The translations under genes were made by a program, and so were the position numbers. From the sequence record SRR31156797_2215: DNA of 64,000 bases. The stretch is one strand, 5' to 3'. The notes below the pieces were generated by a model that had not been told where the DNA came from, ran no database searches, and worked only from the letters and a program-made list of their open reading frames with translations. Shown one piece after another: positions 1-8,973 of this stretch (the stretch's first letter is position 1; the number at the start of each line of letters is the position of its first letter).

Positions 1-89
1 TCCAAGACTTCACTAAATAGAGCAATTCCCAACGCAACTGCATCATCGATCCCCGGATCCGTATCAATAATGACTTCTTTTTTTGACAT
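1..89 (-). CDS. Nucleoside hydrolase (IU-NH/Rih family), 5' end only; runs off the window edge
   Basis: Hand translation MSKKEVIIDTDPGIDDAVALGIALFSEVL contains the DTDPGxDD motif; GAGAGGAG RBS upstream; too short for the ORF track. Confidence 0.9.
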   Translation of the reverse strand, partial: MSKKEVIIDTDPGIDDAVALGIALFSEVL

Positions 90-109
90 ACGTATTCTCC
101 TCTCACCTT

Positions 110-127
110 TGATAAAACGTTTTATCA
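110..127. promoter_or_regulatory. LacI-type operator 1, perfect palindrome TGATAAAACGTTTTATCA
   Basis: 18-bp perfect palindrome with central CG, between the promoter and the hydrolase start; LacI gene adjacent. Confidence 0.8.
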
Positions 128-151
128 TTTTTCTAAAAAAAAGCGAACATC

Positions 152-169
152 TGATAAAGCGTTTTATCT
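152..169. promoter_or_regulatory. LacI-type operator 2, TGATAAAGCGTTTTATCT
   Basis: Near copy of operator 1, 42 bp away, just downstream of the predicted -10. Confidence 0.75.
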
Positions 170-182
170 AATGTTCACACAA

Positions 183-211
183 AGAATAGCATCGTTTTAA
201 AGCGCTGTCAA
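183..211 (-). promoter_or_regulatory. SigmaA promoter of the nucleoside hydrolase (TTGACA-17-TATTCT, extended TG)
   Basis: Consensus -35 and 17-bp spacer; a cre-like TGACAGCGCTTTAA overlaps the -35. Confidence 0.7.
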
Positions 212-230
212 TAGTAAAAAAAGAGTTTCG

Positions 231-1244
231 CTAGGAAACTCTTTCAGTCACACTGTTCTTTTTTATCAATCTAGGTGTCAATTGGACGTAACGTGGCTTC
301 TGTCCGCTGATTGCATTCATCAAGGCAAGAACCGTTTTTTCACCTAAATCATTTACATCTTGTTCCACAGACGTTAGAGATACTTCTAAAAGATCATTCA
401 AAACAAGATTGTCGTATCCTACGATCGAAACATCCTCTGGAACCTTGATTCCTAGTTCTTTGGCACGCTTCATAATTCCCAATGCAATCAAGTCGTTGCC
501 AGCAACAATGCCGGTTACATCTCGGTTTTTTAGGAGAATGTCTGCTTTTTCATAGGCGTCTTCAAATTGGAACTTTGTTACCACATGCCAACTGTCTTTT
601 CGTTGGAGATTGAATTCCTTCAGCGCATCTAAATAGCCTTGGTATCGATACACACAATTGATATTTTTATCAGGGTTCATCATCGTGCCGATCTTTTTGT
701 GTCCTTTTTTTATTAGCTCACTGGTAGCAATATATCCCCCATGCCGATTATTATAAAAGACTTGATCGACCTCAAAGTTATCTATTCCTCTATCAACCAA
801 AACGATTGGAACCGAAAGATTCTTCAATCGTTCTTTGGTTTGTACCTCATCCGCGTAGGATTCGGTTGAAAGGGCGATGATCAACGCATCAACGTTGCGG
901 TCAATCAGGAGCTGAATCAATTCCTTCTCAACGTCAACTTTATCATCTGAGTTGACCAAAATCAGCAGATACCCCTGTTTTCGCAGCAAATCTTCTAAGA
1001 CCTTGGCCAAGTTGGCAAAAAAAGGATTGTTGATATCTGGGATGATCAGTCCGATCGTATTGGTTTTTTTCAAAACCAGGCTTTTAGCCGCAGCATTCGG
1101 CGTATAATTGTTTTCTGCCGCCAAGCGCTTGATTTGCTGTTTTTTTTCTTCTGTGATCCGAATCGGTTTGTCATTTAACACTTGAGAAACGGCTGCGATC
1201 GATACACCTACTTCTTTTGCAATGTCTTTTAATCTGACTTTCAC
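231..1244 (-). CDS. LacI family transcriptional regulator (RbsR/PurR-like)
   Basis: LKDIAKEVGVSIAAVSQVLN HTH, YTPN hinge, VPEDVSIVGYD; start moved to GTG 1244 after a GAAAGGGG RBS. Confidence 0.92.
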   Translation of the reverse strand: MKVRLKDIAKEVGVSIAAVSQVLNDKPIRITEEKKQQIKRLAAENNYTPNAAAKSLVLKKTNTIGLIIPDINNPFFANLAKVLEDLLRKQGYLLILVNSDDKVDVEKELIQLLIDRNVDALIIALSTESYADEVQTKERLKNLSVPIVLVDRGIDNFEVDQVFYNNRHGGYIATSELIKKGHKKIGTMMNPDKNINCVYRYQGYLDALKEFNLQRKDSWHVVTKFQFEDAYEKADILLKNRDVTGIVAGNDLIALGIMKRAKELGIKVPEDVSIVGYDNLVLNDLLEVSLTSVEQDVNDLGEKTVLALMNAISGQKPRYVQLTPRLIKKNSVTERVS

Positions 1245-1395
1245 TGAATACCCCTTTCGCTTTCCTAATTTTGTAAATGAACCAAGCACTCAATCTTATG
1301 TTTTCAGTAAATCCTTTTTATACTGCTGAAAAAACGGATTTGAGAATTAGACAAAGATGATTGATTAAAGATTATACTGTTTTTTTGAATTCCTC

Positions 1396-2205
1396 TTAGA
1401 TGTTCCACCTCACCCAATCAGCAAACAATTCTGGCCAACGGACAACCGATGCTTCGATCCCGTGTTGATTGCCGTTGGCGGTTTCCGGTGTTCCTAAACT
1501 TAGTCCATGACCACCGCGAGGGAAAATGTGCAGCTCATAAGGTATATTAAATTTGCGCAGCTGTTCGGCAAAAAGGAGGCTGTTTTCCGCCAAGACTAAT
1601 CCATCTTCTAACGTATGCCAAAGAAACGTCGGAGGTGTCTGTTCATTGACTAAAGTCTCTAAAGACAAAGCCGCTTTTTCTGTTTCATAGCGATCTGCTA
1701 ATAATGAACGGAAGGAATCTTGGTGCCCAAGTTCACCACTAGATAAGACCGGATAACTCAACAGTAACCCGTTAGGTCGCCATTCTTCATTGGCTCCTTG
1801 TAAAGCCTCTGCTAGAAAAGGTTGCTGCCAAGACACACCCAGATTAGCAGCTAAGTGACCACCAGCTGAAAAACCGGCAACAATGATTTTTTCAGGATCG
1901 ACGTGCCAGACCTCATGATTGGTGCGCACAAGACGAACGGCAGCCGCCAATTCCTTTAAGGCTAACGGATAGACAGCCGGTTTGATACTATAATGCAACA
2001 CAAAGGCTTGGAAACCAAAGCTCATCATTTTGATGGCGATGGGTTCCGCTTCGCGATCAGACAACATTTCATAGCCGCCGCCAGGACAGATGATGACCGC
2101 TGGTCGAACACGATCTGGTTCCATTTCAGGAGAATTTTCCATGACATACGTGGTTAAACTGGCTTGGCTTTCTGGTAAAAGTGCGGTTCTTTTTTCATGT
2201 ATCAC
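1396..2205 (-). CDS. Alpha/beta hydrolase (probable carbohydrate acetyl/feruloyl esterase)
   Basis: CPGGGY oxyanion motif, GFSAGG nucleophile elbow, PPTFLWH, GGHG. Confidence 0.85.
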   Translation of the reverse strand: MIHEKRTALLPESQASLTTYVMENSPEMEPDRVRPAVIICPGGGYEMLSDREAEPIAIKMMSFGFQAFVLHYSIKPAVYPLALKELAAAVRLVRTNHEVWHVDPEKIIVAGFSAGGHLAANLGVSWQQPFLAEALQGANEEWRPNGLLLSYPVLSSGELGHQDSFRSLLADRYETEKAALSLETLVNEQTPPTFLWHTLEDGLVLAENSLLFAEQLRKFNIPYELHIFPRGGHGLSLGTPETANGNQHGIEASVVRWPELFADWVRWNI

Positions 2206-2215
2206 GGATTGCGCC

Positions 2216-3682
2216 TCATTTCATTGTAATTTTATAGACGATTGGTTGGTCGGTTTCAATTGGTTCAAAAGTTAGTTGCAAGCCTTCATCGGTCACTTGC
2301 CAATCAATAGGCTGTTCTTCGTGTCCTAGAATCGTCACGGTTTGGATGATGCCGTGAAATTCTGGCAAATTTTGATCTTTAGACTGGGCCAGTGCTTGGA
2401 TCCTTGCGTGTCCATTCTCAGGACTTGCCATGCCAATAGCATACAACGAATCCCCCTGAACCGTAAAGCGGAAATCCTGGCTCGTGTATGTCGTCGCCTG
2501 TGCCTCTTGAAATTGGCCTGAGACAACGGTCGTGGGTCCTTCCCCGGCTTTGCGCCATGGTTTCGCTTCATAAATGGCTTCACCGTTTACATCCAGCCAC
2601 GCACCGATTTCTTTTAAGATCGTTTGATCTTTTTCTGGGATCGAACCATTCCCTTTCGGCCCGATATTCAAAAGAAGATTGCCATTTTTGCTGACGACTT
2701 CGATCAAATCCTGTAAAATCTCACGCGTTGTTTTGTAATCCAACGTTGTGGTATAACACCATGAATTGCGAGCGATCGCTGTATCTGTTTGCCAGTAAAA
2801 AGGTTGTGGTTCGGCAAATTTTCCCCGTTCGATCTCCACGACACCACTACCAAACATCATGGCATCGTGTTTGTAGCAGATACCAACTTTTTTGCCCCAT
2901 TCAGCCCCACGATTGTAATAGTAAGCAGCGAAAACTTGCAGGTGCTCCTTGAAGGCTTCGTGTTGGATCCACCAATCAAAATACAGCAGCTCTGGTTGAT
3001 AGTTGTCGACGAGTTCACAGGTTCGCAGTAGCCAATCATCTAAAAACTCTTTTGAGGGATATGGCTCGCTATACAAATCTTGATTATCAGGTTCTGGCAT
3101 AGCAGGCCAATAAAAGTCGCCTTTTTCTAACGGTTCCTTGATGTCGCTGTCAAATTCCTTACCATGTCCCATGAAAAACCAATGTTCGGCACGATGAGAT
3201 GAGGTGCAAAAATGCAGGCCTTGTTCCTCAGCTGCTTCTTTTAATTCCGCAAGAATATCTTTTTTCGGTCCCATAACTGCCGCATTCCATTCAGAAAGCT
3301 CGCTTTTGTACATCTGAAACCCATCGTGATGTTCTGCAACGGGAAAAAGATAATTGGCACCGGCTTGTTTGATCAGTCGAATCCACTCATTTGCATCGAA
3401 TTTTTCTGCAGTAAATATGGGAATAAAGTCTTTGTAGCCGAAGTTTTTTTGCGGACCGTAGGTGTTGATATGGTGATCGTATTCCGGATGGTCTTTGATG
3501 TACATATTTCTGGAGTACCACTCGTTATTAAATGCAGGAACACTATACAATCCCCAATGAATGAAGACCCCAAATTTTGCTTTGGGGAACCATTCCGGTA
3601 GAACAAAAGCGCCCAAAGATTGCCAATTTGGGAAAAAGGGGCCTTGATGCGCGACTTGGTGGATCGTTTCTACTGTGATCAT
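2216..3682 (-). CDS. Alpha-L-fucosidase, GH29
   Basis: PEWFPKAKFGVFIHWGLYSVP, AEHHDGF, LYFDWW, VSKNGNLLLNIGP; ATG 3682 overlaps the upstream stop. Confidence 0.92.
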   Translation of the reverse strand: MITVETIHQVAHQGPFFPNWQSLGAFVLPEWFPKAKFGVFIHWGLYSVPAFNNEWYSRNMYIKDHPEYDHHINTYGPQKNFGYKDFIPIFTAEKFDANEWIRLIKQAGANYLFPVAEHHDGFQMYKSELSEWNAAVMGPKKDILAELKEAAEEQGLHFCTSSHRAEHWFFMGHGKEFDSDIKEPLEKGDFYWPAMPEPDNQDLYSEPYPSKEFLDDWLLRTCELVDNYQPELLYFDWWIQHEAFKEHLQVFAAYYYNRGAEWGKKVGICYKHDAMMFGSGVVEIERGKFAEPQPFYWQTDTAIARNSWCYTTTLDYKTTREILQDLIEVVSKNGNLLLNIGPKGNGSIPEKDQTILKEIGAWLDVNGEAIYEAKPWRKAGEGPTTVVSGQFQEAQATTYTSQDFRFTVQGDSLYAIGMASPENGHARIQALAQSKDQNLPEFHGIIQTVTILGHEEQPIDWQVTDEGLQLTFEPIETDQPIVYKITMK

Positions 3683-4335
3683 GGTCTTTCCTCCAAAATA
3701 CCGACTGTTTCCAGCCATGTTTTTGCAATCAACACATGTCCTGCAGTCGACGGATGCACACGATCACTGCTTAAGACATAGGATGACTGATAAAGCAAAA
3801 AATCATCAAACTTTTCCTGCGTATCTCCTAAAAGGATACCATACTCTTGCGCTACTTTAGCAAGCACGTGTTGGTAGTTGGTAAGCATTTCTCTTAGTGG
3901 ATCTTCTTTGTTGGCTTCAACCATAAACGGGGTCAAGAGAATCATTCCTTTGACACTCGGTAATGTCTGAGCGATCAAATCACGCAACTCTGATTCAAAT
4001 CTTTCAATCCCCACCAGTTCCGTTTGAGCAAATGTGCCATCAAAATGCCGCCACACATCATTTACACCGATCATGATCGTTACCCAATCTGGTTGAAATG
4101 CCAATACATCATCCTTCCAACGCTTCTTCAAATCGACGACTGTATCTCCACTGATGCCTCGGTTAACGATCATTAATTCCATTTGTGGGAGTAATGCTGT
4201 GGTATAGGCGTTGATCAGATGAACATAGCCGTCCCCCCATGACGACCATCCCGCAGGTATCGCTTGATAATTTCGATTACTATCTGTGATCGAATCCCCC
4301 ATAAAAAGCAGACGATCTTTTTTATCCACTATCAT
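3679..4335 (-). CDS. SGNH/GDSL esterase (probable acetylesterase)
   Basis: GDSITD, NRGISG, GVND, DRVHP blocks; GGAGG RBS before ATG 4335. Confidence 0.9.
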   Translation of the reverse strand: MIVDKKDRLLFMGDSITDSNRNYQAIPAGWSSWGDGYVHLINAYTTALLPQMELMIVNRGISGDTVVDLKKRWKDDVLAFQPDWVTIMIGVNDVWRHFDGTFAQTELVGIERFESELRDLIAQTLPSVKGMILLTPFMVEANKEDPLREMLTNYQHVLAKVAQEYGILLGDTQEKFDDFLLYQSSYVLSSDRVHPSTAGHVLIAKTWLETVGILEERP

Positions 4336-4473
4336 TGTTTTCCTCCTTAAAGAAAGAAGACTGATCCGCTGGTGCTGGATCAATCTTCTTAAGTGATTGC
4401 TTAACCAAACGCTGTTTACTCACTTTTGTCAAGGAACCGTTGACCAACCATTTTTATGATTCTTTGTTTTTGA

Positions 4474-6222
4474 TTAGTCCCCAAATTCTTTCGCTACTTC
4501 TACCCGTTTTTCGTTTTGATCTTTCGCATTATTCATGTCAAATTCTAGCACTGTTTGATAGCCTAAGCCGTCTGCTGTTTCTTGCATTTCTTTTAGCAAT
4601 TGGTCAAATTCTGCTTCATCTTTGGCAAAAACCATTCGCCAAGAGTACTCGATGATTGTCGCTTTGGCTTGGTTCCGCAACGTAGAGATCTCTGAACTAT
4701 CTTCTGGCGCTACATAGCTGGCACCAGGGGCAACTAACAATTGGTCGTTCTCCTCTAAATAGCCAATGGTCGATTCTGCACCACCCATATTTTTTGACCA
4801 ATCTTCTTTTACAGGATCGGTTGTTTCATTTTGATAGCTTTCCCACATCGTATAAGCATATGGGAAGCCGGTATCAGGATTGATATCGATCGGTAATACC
4901 GTATTGACGTTTAGCGCGGATACACCATCTTTGTAACTTCCGCCACCATATTCTTCTGGCACATCCCCATCGCCATCTAGCAAAGCTTGTTTCCCAAACT
5001 CAGTTAAGACAGGCTCGCCATCTTTCATTTCCCAAGTTAAGCCTTCAGGGCCACTACTACCGCTTGTTTGAGAAGAATTTGCTAACACGCCTTCTGAAGA
5101 GTAGAGCCAGTCAATAAAGGCTGCGATTCGCTCTGGGTCTTCGGCATTTGAACCGATCCCGATAAATTGTTTGCCACCGTAAACTTCCGCACCATAAGAG
5201 AAGATTTTTTGGTCTTGAATCGGTGCCAACATAAAGCCTTTTCCTTCATTCAAGTTCGTAGTCGTATTAAAAGCCGCTTGACCTAACCAAGGCCACCATG
5301 AGAATAAGACTTGTCCTTCTTGGAATTTGGCAAAAAGTGTATCGTAATTTTGCGTCGTTGATTCTGGATCCACTAAGCCCATTTGATTGGCTTGGAAATA
5401 AAACTTAAGTGCGCGAATATATTCAGAATCACTATCGAGAATGCTTTGATAATCAGAACCATCCGCTTTTGCCAAGACAAAACCTGATTCATCGTACCCA
5501 TAGTAGGTGACCAGCTGTTTGCCTGCATTCATCATGTTGCCGTCCCAATCGCTGAATAGAGAAAACCCATAAACTTTTTTCCCAGAATCTGTTGTTGGAT
5601 TGTCTTCTTGCATTTTTTGAATCACAGGAAGCAGGTCTTCCAATGTACCGATTTCTGGATATCCTTGATCCCCATAAAGATCCCAACGCACATAAGCACC
5701 AAATGTAGGATCTAATCCTTCTGAAGGATCGGTGGCTTTTAATGTAGAAACGGAAGTTGGAAAGCCATATAGACCATCGGCATCTTTGTTTAGATTTTGA
5801 ACAGCCGCATCGAAGCGCTGAACATTTTCCATAGTTTCATAATACTCGCTCGCATCGGTCAACAAACCAGCTTCAACCAATTCGTTGTATTGTTGGCCAT
5901 TATCAACAATGATCAAATCGCCCAAATCACCTGCTGCCGTCCTCGTTTGATAAAGAGTGTCTCCGTTTCCAGCAACGTTTGGTGCGATGATGTTCAATTC
6001 CATATTGAATTTATCCCGCACGATTTTGGCAAACCAACCTTCTTGCATCCCCATATAGTTGGCTAGCCCATTATAGACATCGATCGTGATCGTTTCATCG
6101 TAGCCACTTTCGCTGGAAGCAGCGTCTGTGTCAGAGTCAGCCGCCCCTCCACAGCCGGCTAAACTACCTAGCAATGTCATGCCTAACAAACCTGTTGTTA
6201 CATATTTCGACATTTTTTTCAT
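4474..6222 (-). CDS. Oligosaccharide ABC transporter substrate-binding lipoprotein
   Basis: Signal peptide with LAGC lipobox, acidic 582-aa protein, downstream of two permeases. Confidence 0.88.
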   Translation of the reverse strand: MKKMSKYVTTGLLGMTLLGSLAGCGGAADSDTDAASSESGYDETITIDVYNGLANYMGMQEGWFAKIVRDKFNMELNIIAPNVAGNGDTLYQTRTAAGDLGDLIIVDNGQQYNELVEAGLLTDASEYYETMENVQRFDAAVQNLNKDADGLYGFPTSVSTLKATDPSEGLDPTFGAYVRWDLYGDQGYPEIGTLEDLLPVIQKMQEDNPTTDSGKKVYGFSLFSDWDGNMMNAGKQLVTYYGYDESGFVLAKADGSDYQSILDSDSEYIRALKFYFQANQMGLVDPESTTQNYDTLFAKFQEGQVLFSWWPWLGQAAFNTTTNLNEGKGFMLAPIQDQKIFSYGAEVYGGKQFIGIGSNAEDPERIAAFIDWLYSSEGVLANSSQTSGSSGPEGLTWEMKDGEPVLTEFGKQALLDGDGDVPEEYGGGSYKDGVSALNVNTVLPIDINPDTGFPYAYTMWESYQNETTDPVKEDWSKNMGGAESTIGYLEENDQLLVAPGASYVAPEDSSEISTLRNQAKATIIEYSWRMVFAKDEAEFDQLLKEMQETADGLGYQTVLEFDMNNAKDQNEKRVEVAKEFGD

Positions 6223-6243
6223 TTTCTTCCCTCTTTCTTTTTA

Positions 6244-7176
6244 TTAACCTTTCACCGCACCCAACATAATTCCTTTGACAAAATATTTCTGGAAAAGCGG
6301 ATAAATAAACATGATTGGTAAAACAACAATGACTGAAACGGTCATGCGAATCGAAGTCGGTGTCTGCGTTGTTGCAGCTGAAGCGATATTGGAAAGTGAT
6401 CCCGATGTATTTTTGACCATTTGTGCCAACGAATTGGCTTGATTGATATACGTATAAAGAAGGTATTGCAAGGAGTAGAGACTTTGATCCGTAATGTAAA
6501 TCAGTGTATCTTGGAAAGAATTCCATTGACCAACTGCCGAGAAGATCGCGACTGTTGCTAAAATCGGCGTACAGTTGGGTAAAATTACCCGAAAGAATAC
6601 TTGAATGATGCCAGCTCCATCCATTTCAGCTGCTTCTTGCAACGATTTGGGGATTGACTCAATATAGGTTTTCACTAAGATGATGTTAAAAGGCTGAACG
6701 ACAGCCGGCAAAATATAGACCCAAAAATTATTCGTTAAACCTAATGTCTTCATCGTGATGAATAATGGAATCAGCCCTGCATTGAAATACATTGTAATCA
6801 CGACAAAGCGATACCAAAATTTTCGTTTCCACATTTTTTCTTGGGTAAACATAAAGCCTAAGAAGGCTGAAGCTAAGACGGTTGCTGCTGTTCCAATCAC
6901 CGTTCTAGCCACCGAAACGGTTGCGGCTAATGGCAACCCTTTTAGTTGTAACACTTGACTGTAGTTTTCAAAATGGATCTCTTGTGGAAAAAAGCGAATT
7001 TGTCCTAACGCACTCAACTCATTATTACTGATTGAATTAATAATCAAGTAATAAAAAGGATACGCACAAATCAACGTAATCAGAAAGAAAAAGGTATAAT
7101 TGAGGATACTAAACGTCAGGTTTTCACGTTTGGGTACTTTTTTCGCCTTTTTCTTTTCACTAATCGATAGTTCCAT
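6244..7176 (-). CDS. Carbohydrate ABC permease (MalG-like)
   Basis: EAA loop SIPKSLQEAAEMDGA; ends GIMLGAVKG. Confidence 0.92.
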   Translation of the reverse strand: MELSISEKKKAKKVPKRENLTFSILNYTFFFLITLICAYPFYYLIINSISNNELSALGQIRFFPQEIHFENYSQVLQLKGLPLAATVSVARTVIGTAATVLASAFLGFMFTQEKMWKRKFWYRFVVITMYFNAGLIPLFITMKTLGLTNNFWVYILPAVVQPFNIILVKTYIESIPKSLQEAAEMDGAGIIQVFFRVILPNCTPILATVAIFSAVGQWNSFQDTLIYITDQSLYSLQYLLYTYINQANSLAQMVKNTSGSLSNIASAATTQTPTSIRMTVSVIVVLPIMFIYPLFQKYFVKGIMLGAVKG

Positions 7177-7191
7177 AGATATCCTCCTCTC

Positions 7192-8133
7192 CTAAATAAT
7201 GGAAGTCCCCCGAATTTTTTTCGACGCAATATTGACGATGGCTAACAAGGCAACAGAAATGACACTTTTTAGCATACTGATCGCGGTAGCCAGAGATAGA
7301 CTATTTCCACCCATCCCTAAATTGTAGACATACAAATCGAGGACTTGGATCGTATTTCGATTGAATGCATTTTGGAAAACAAAGTACTGATCCATCCCGT
7401 TGTTCAACAAGTTGGCGATAGACAGCATCAGCATCACAAGAAACGTCGGCATCAAGGCAGGTAGTGTGATATGACGCATCAGGTGGAAACGATTCGCCCC
7501 ATCGATTCGCGCCGATTCATACAATTCGGGGTCAATTCCTGAAATGCCTGCAAGATACATGATGGCACCCCAGCCCAAGCCTTTCCAAATATTCCAAAGA
7601 CACATCATTAGCCACGTATGATTGCCGCTATCCAAAAATTTGACTGGATCTGTAACGAAGCCCCATTCTTGCAGCAACGTGTTTACCAGCCCTGTTGAAG
7701 AAAACAAGCTAAAGGCGATCGTATACACCAAAACCCAACTGATAAAATTCGGCAGCGTGGTCAGCGTTTGGACCAAGTTTTTAAACCATTTGCACTTGAT
7801 TTCGTTCAATAAAATGGCGAAGCCTACTGGTAGGATCGAAGTGGCGATCCCTAAAAAACTCATGGCAAAGGTGTTTTTCATTACTTGTACGATCTGATCC
7901 ACTTGTGTTGGACTAGAGACAAGAAGTCGAAACCATTTGAAGCCTACAAACTCGCTGCGCGCTAAACCTAATGCTGGTTTGTAATCATAAAGTGAATAAA
8001 TCCATCCGTGCAAAGGAAAATAAGAGAACAAAAACACGAGAATCAGGAAGGGAACGATACATAAAAACAAAATCTTCCCTTCTCGTGTCACCCGCTTATT
8101 TTTTCTTGGGACACTGCTTAATTTACTTTCCAT
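7192..8133 (-). CDS. Carbohydrate ABC permease (LplB/MalF-like)
   Basis: TLPNFISWV and GIDPELYESARIDGA motifs. Confidence 0.92.
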   Translation of the reverse strand: MESKLSSVPRKNKRVTREGKILFLCIVPFLILVFLFSYFPLHGWIYSLYDYKPALGLARSEFVGFKWFRLLVSSPTQVDQIVQVMKNTFAMSFLGIATSILPVGFAILLNEIKCKWFKNLVQTLTTLPNFISWVLVYTIAFSLFSSTGLVNTLLQEWGFVTDPVKFLDSGNHTWLMMCLWNIWKGLGWGAIMYLAGISGIDPELYESARIDGANRFHLMRHITLPALMPTFLVMLMLSIANLLNNGMDQYFVFQNAFNRNTIQVLDLYVYNLGMGGNSLSLATAISMLKSVISVALLAIVNIASKKIRGTSII

Positions 8134-8149
8134 TTTCCTCCCCCTTTTT

Positions 8150-8165
8150 TGTAACCGCTTTTACA
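8150..8165. promoter_or_regulatory. cre (CcpA)-like site TGTAACCGCTTTTACA
   Basis: Resembles the cre consensus; lies between the -10 and RBS of the ABC operon. Confidence 0.6.
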
Positions 8166-8367
8166 TTTTTAATACTAGCACCTGAAATCTTATTTGCCAC
8201 CTGTTAAAAATAGAGGTCAATCCGTACATTTTAGACTTTATTTTTCTTTTATTTATAAAGAATACTGATATATCAAGGTTTCAGATAAAAGACACCTAAA
8301 TGGTAAGGCTTTCAAAATTTGTTTTTTGCGAGTACTATAGGAATATATCAATTTTGGAGGGATAAAA

Positions 8368-8973
8368 ATGAAGTACAATCCTGATGGTCAACTGTACAAA
8401 ATAACCACCGTTTTTTCACAATTCACATTGTTAAATTTACTATATATCATTAGCTGTTTGCCAATTATTACGATTGGAGCTGCGACAGCTGCCCTTTATG
8501 AAGTGACGATTCGTTATGCGGATGAAGAGCGTGGTGAATTGATCGTGGGCTATGTCCGAGCGCTACGAGCAAACTTTATGAAAGCCACCGGTAGTTTTCT
8601 CCTTCTTGGATTGCCCATGGTAGCACTACTGTATAGTAGCTTGTTTTGGTTTTCCTCAAAAACCATTCTTGCCAGTATTTTTGCCTTCGTTCTAATTGTT
8701 ACAGCTATTTATCTGTTTATTGTGTTAGTCTATTGCCTCGCGTTAATTGGACGTTATGAAAACAGCTTTAGGCAAACATTAAAAAACGCGTTTCTGTTAC
8801 CGATCGCGGACCCTATCCGTTCGTTAGCCCTCGCGCTTATTCCTATCGCTGCGTTTTGTTTTGTTGTTTTATTTCCGTTGTTTAAATTCCTCTTGTTGAT
8901 TTTTGGTTTTTCTTTCGTTATTTATTGTAGTTCGTTCCTGTTGCTTTCCATCTTTCGTAATCAGCAAGCATGA
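8368..8973 (+). CDS. YesL/DUF624 family membrane protein
   Basis: NLLYIISCLPIITIGAATAALY signature; several TM segments; overlaps the kinase start. Confidence 0.85.
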   Translation: MKYNPDGQLYKITTVFSQFTLLNLLYIISCLPIITIGAATAALYEVTIRYADEERGELIVGYVRALRANFMKATGSFLLLGLPMVALLYSSLFWFSSKTILASIFAFVLIVTAIYLFIVLVYCLALIGRYENSFRQTLKNAFLLPIADPIRSLALALIPIAAFCFVVLFPLFKFLLLIFGFSFVIYCSSFLLLSIFRNQQA

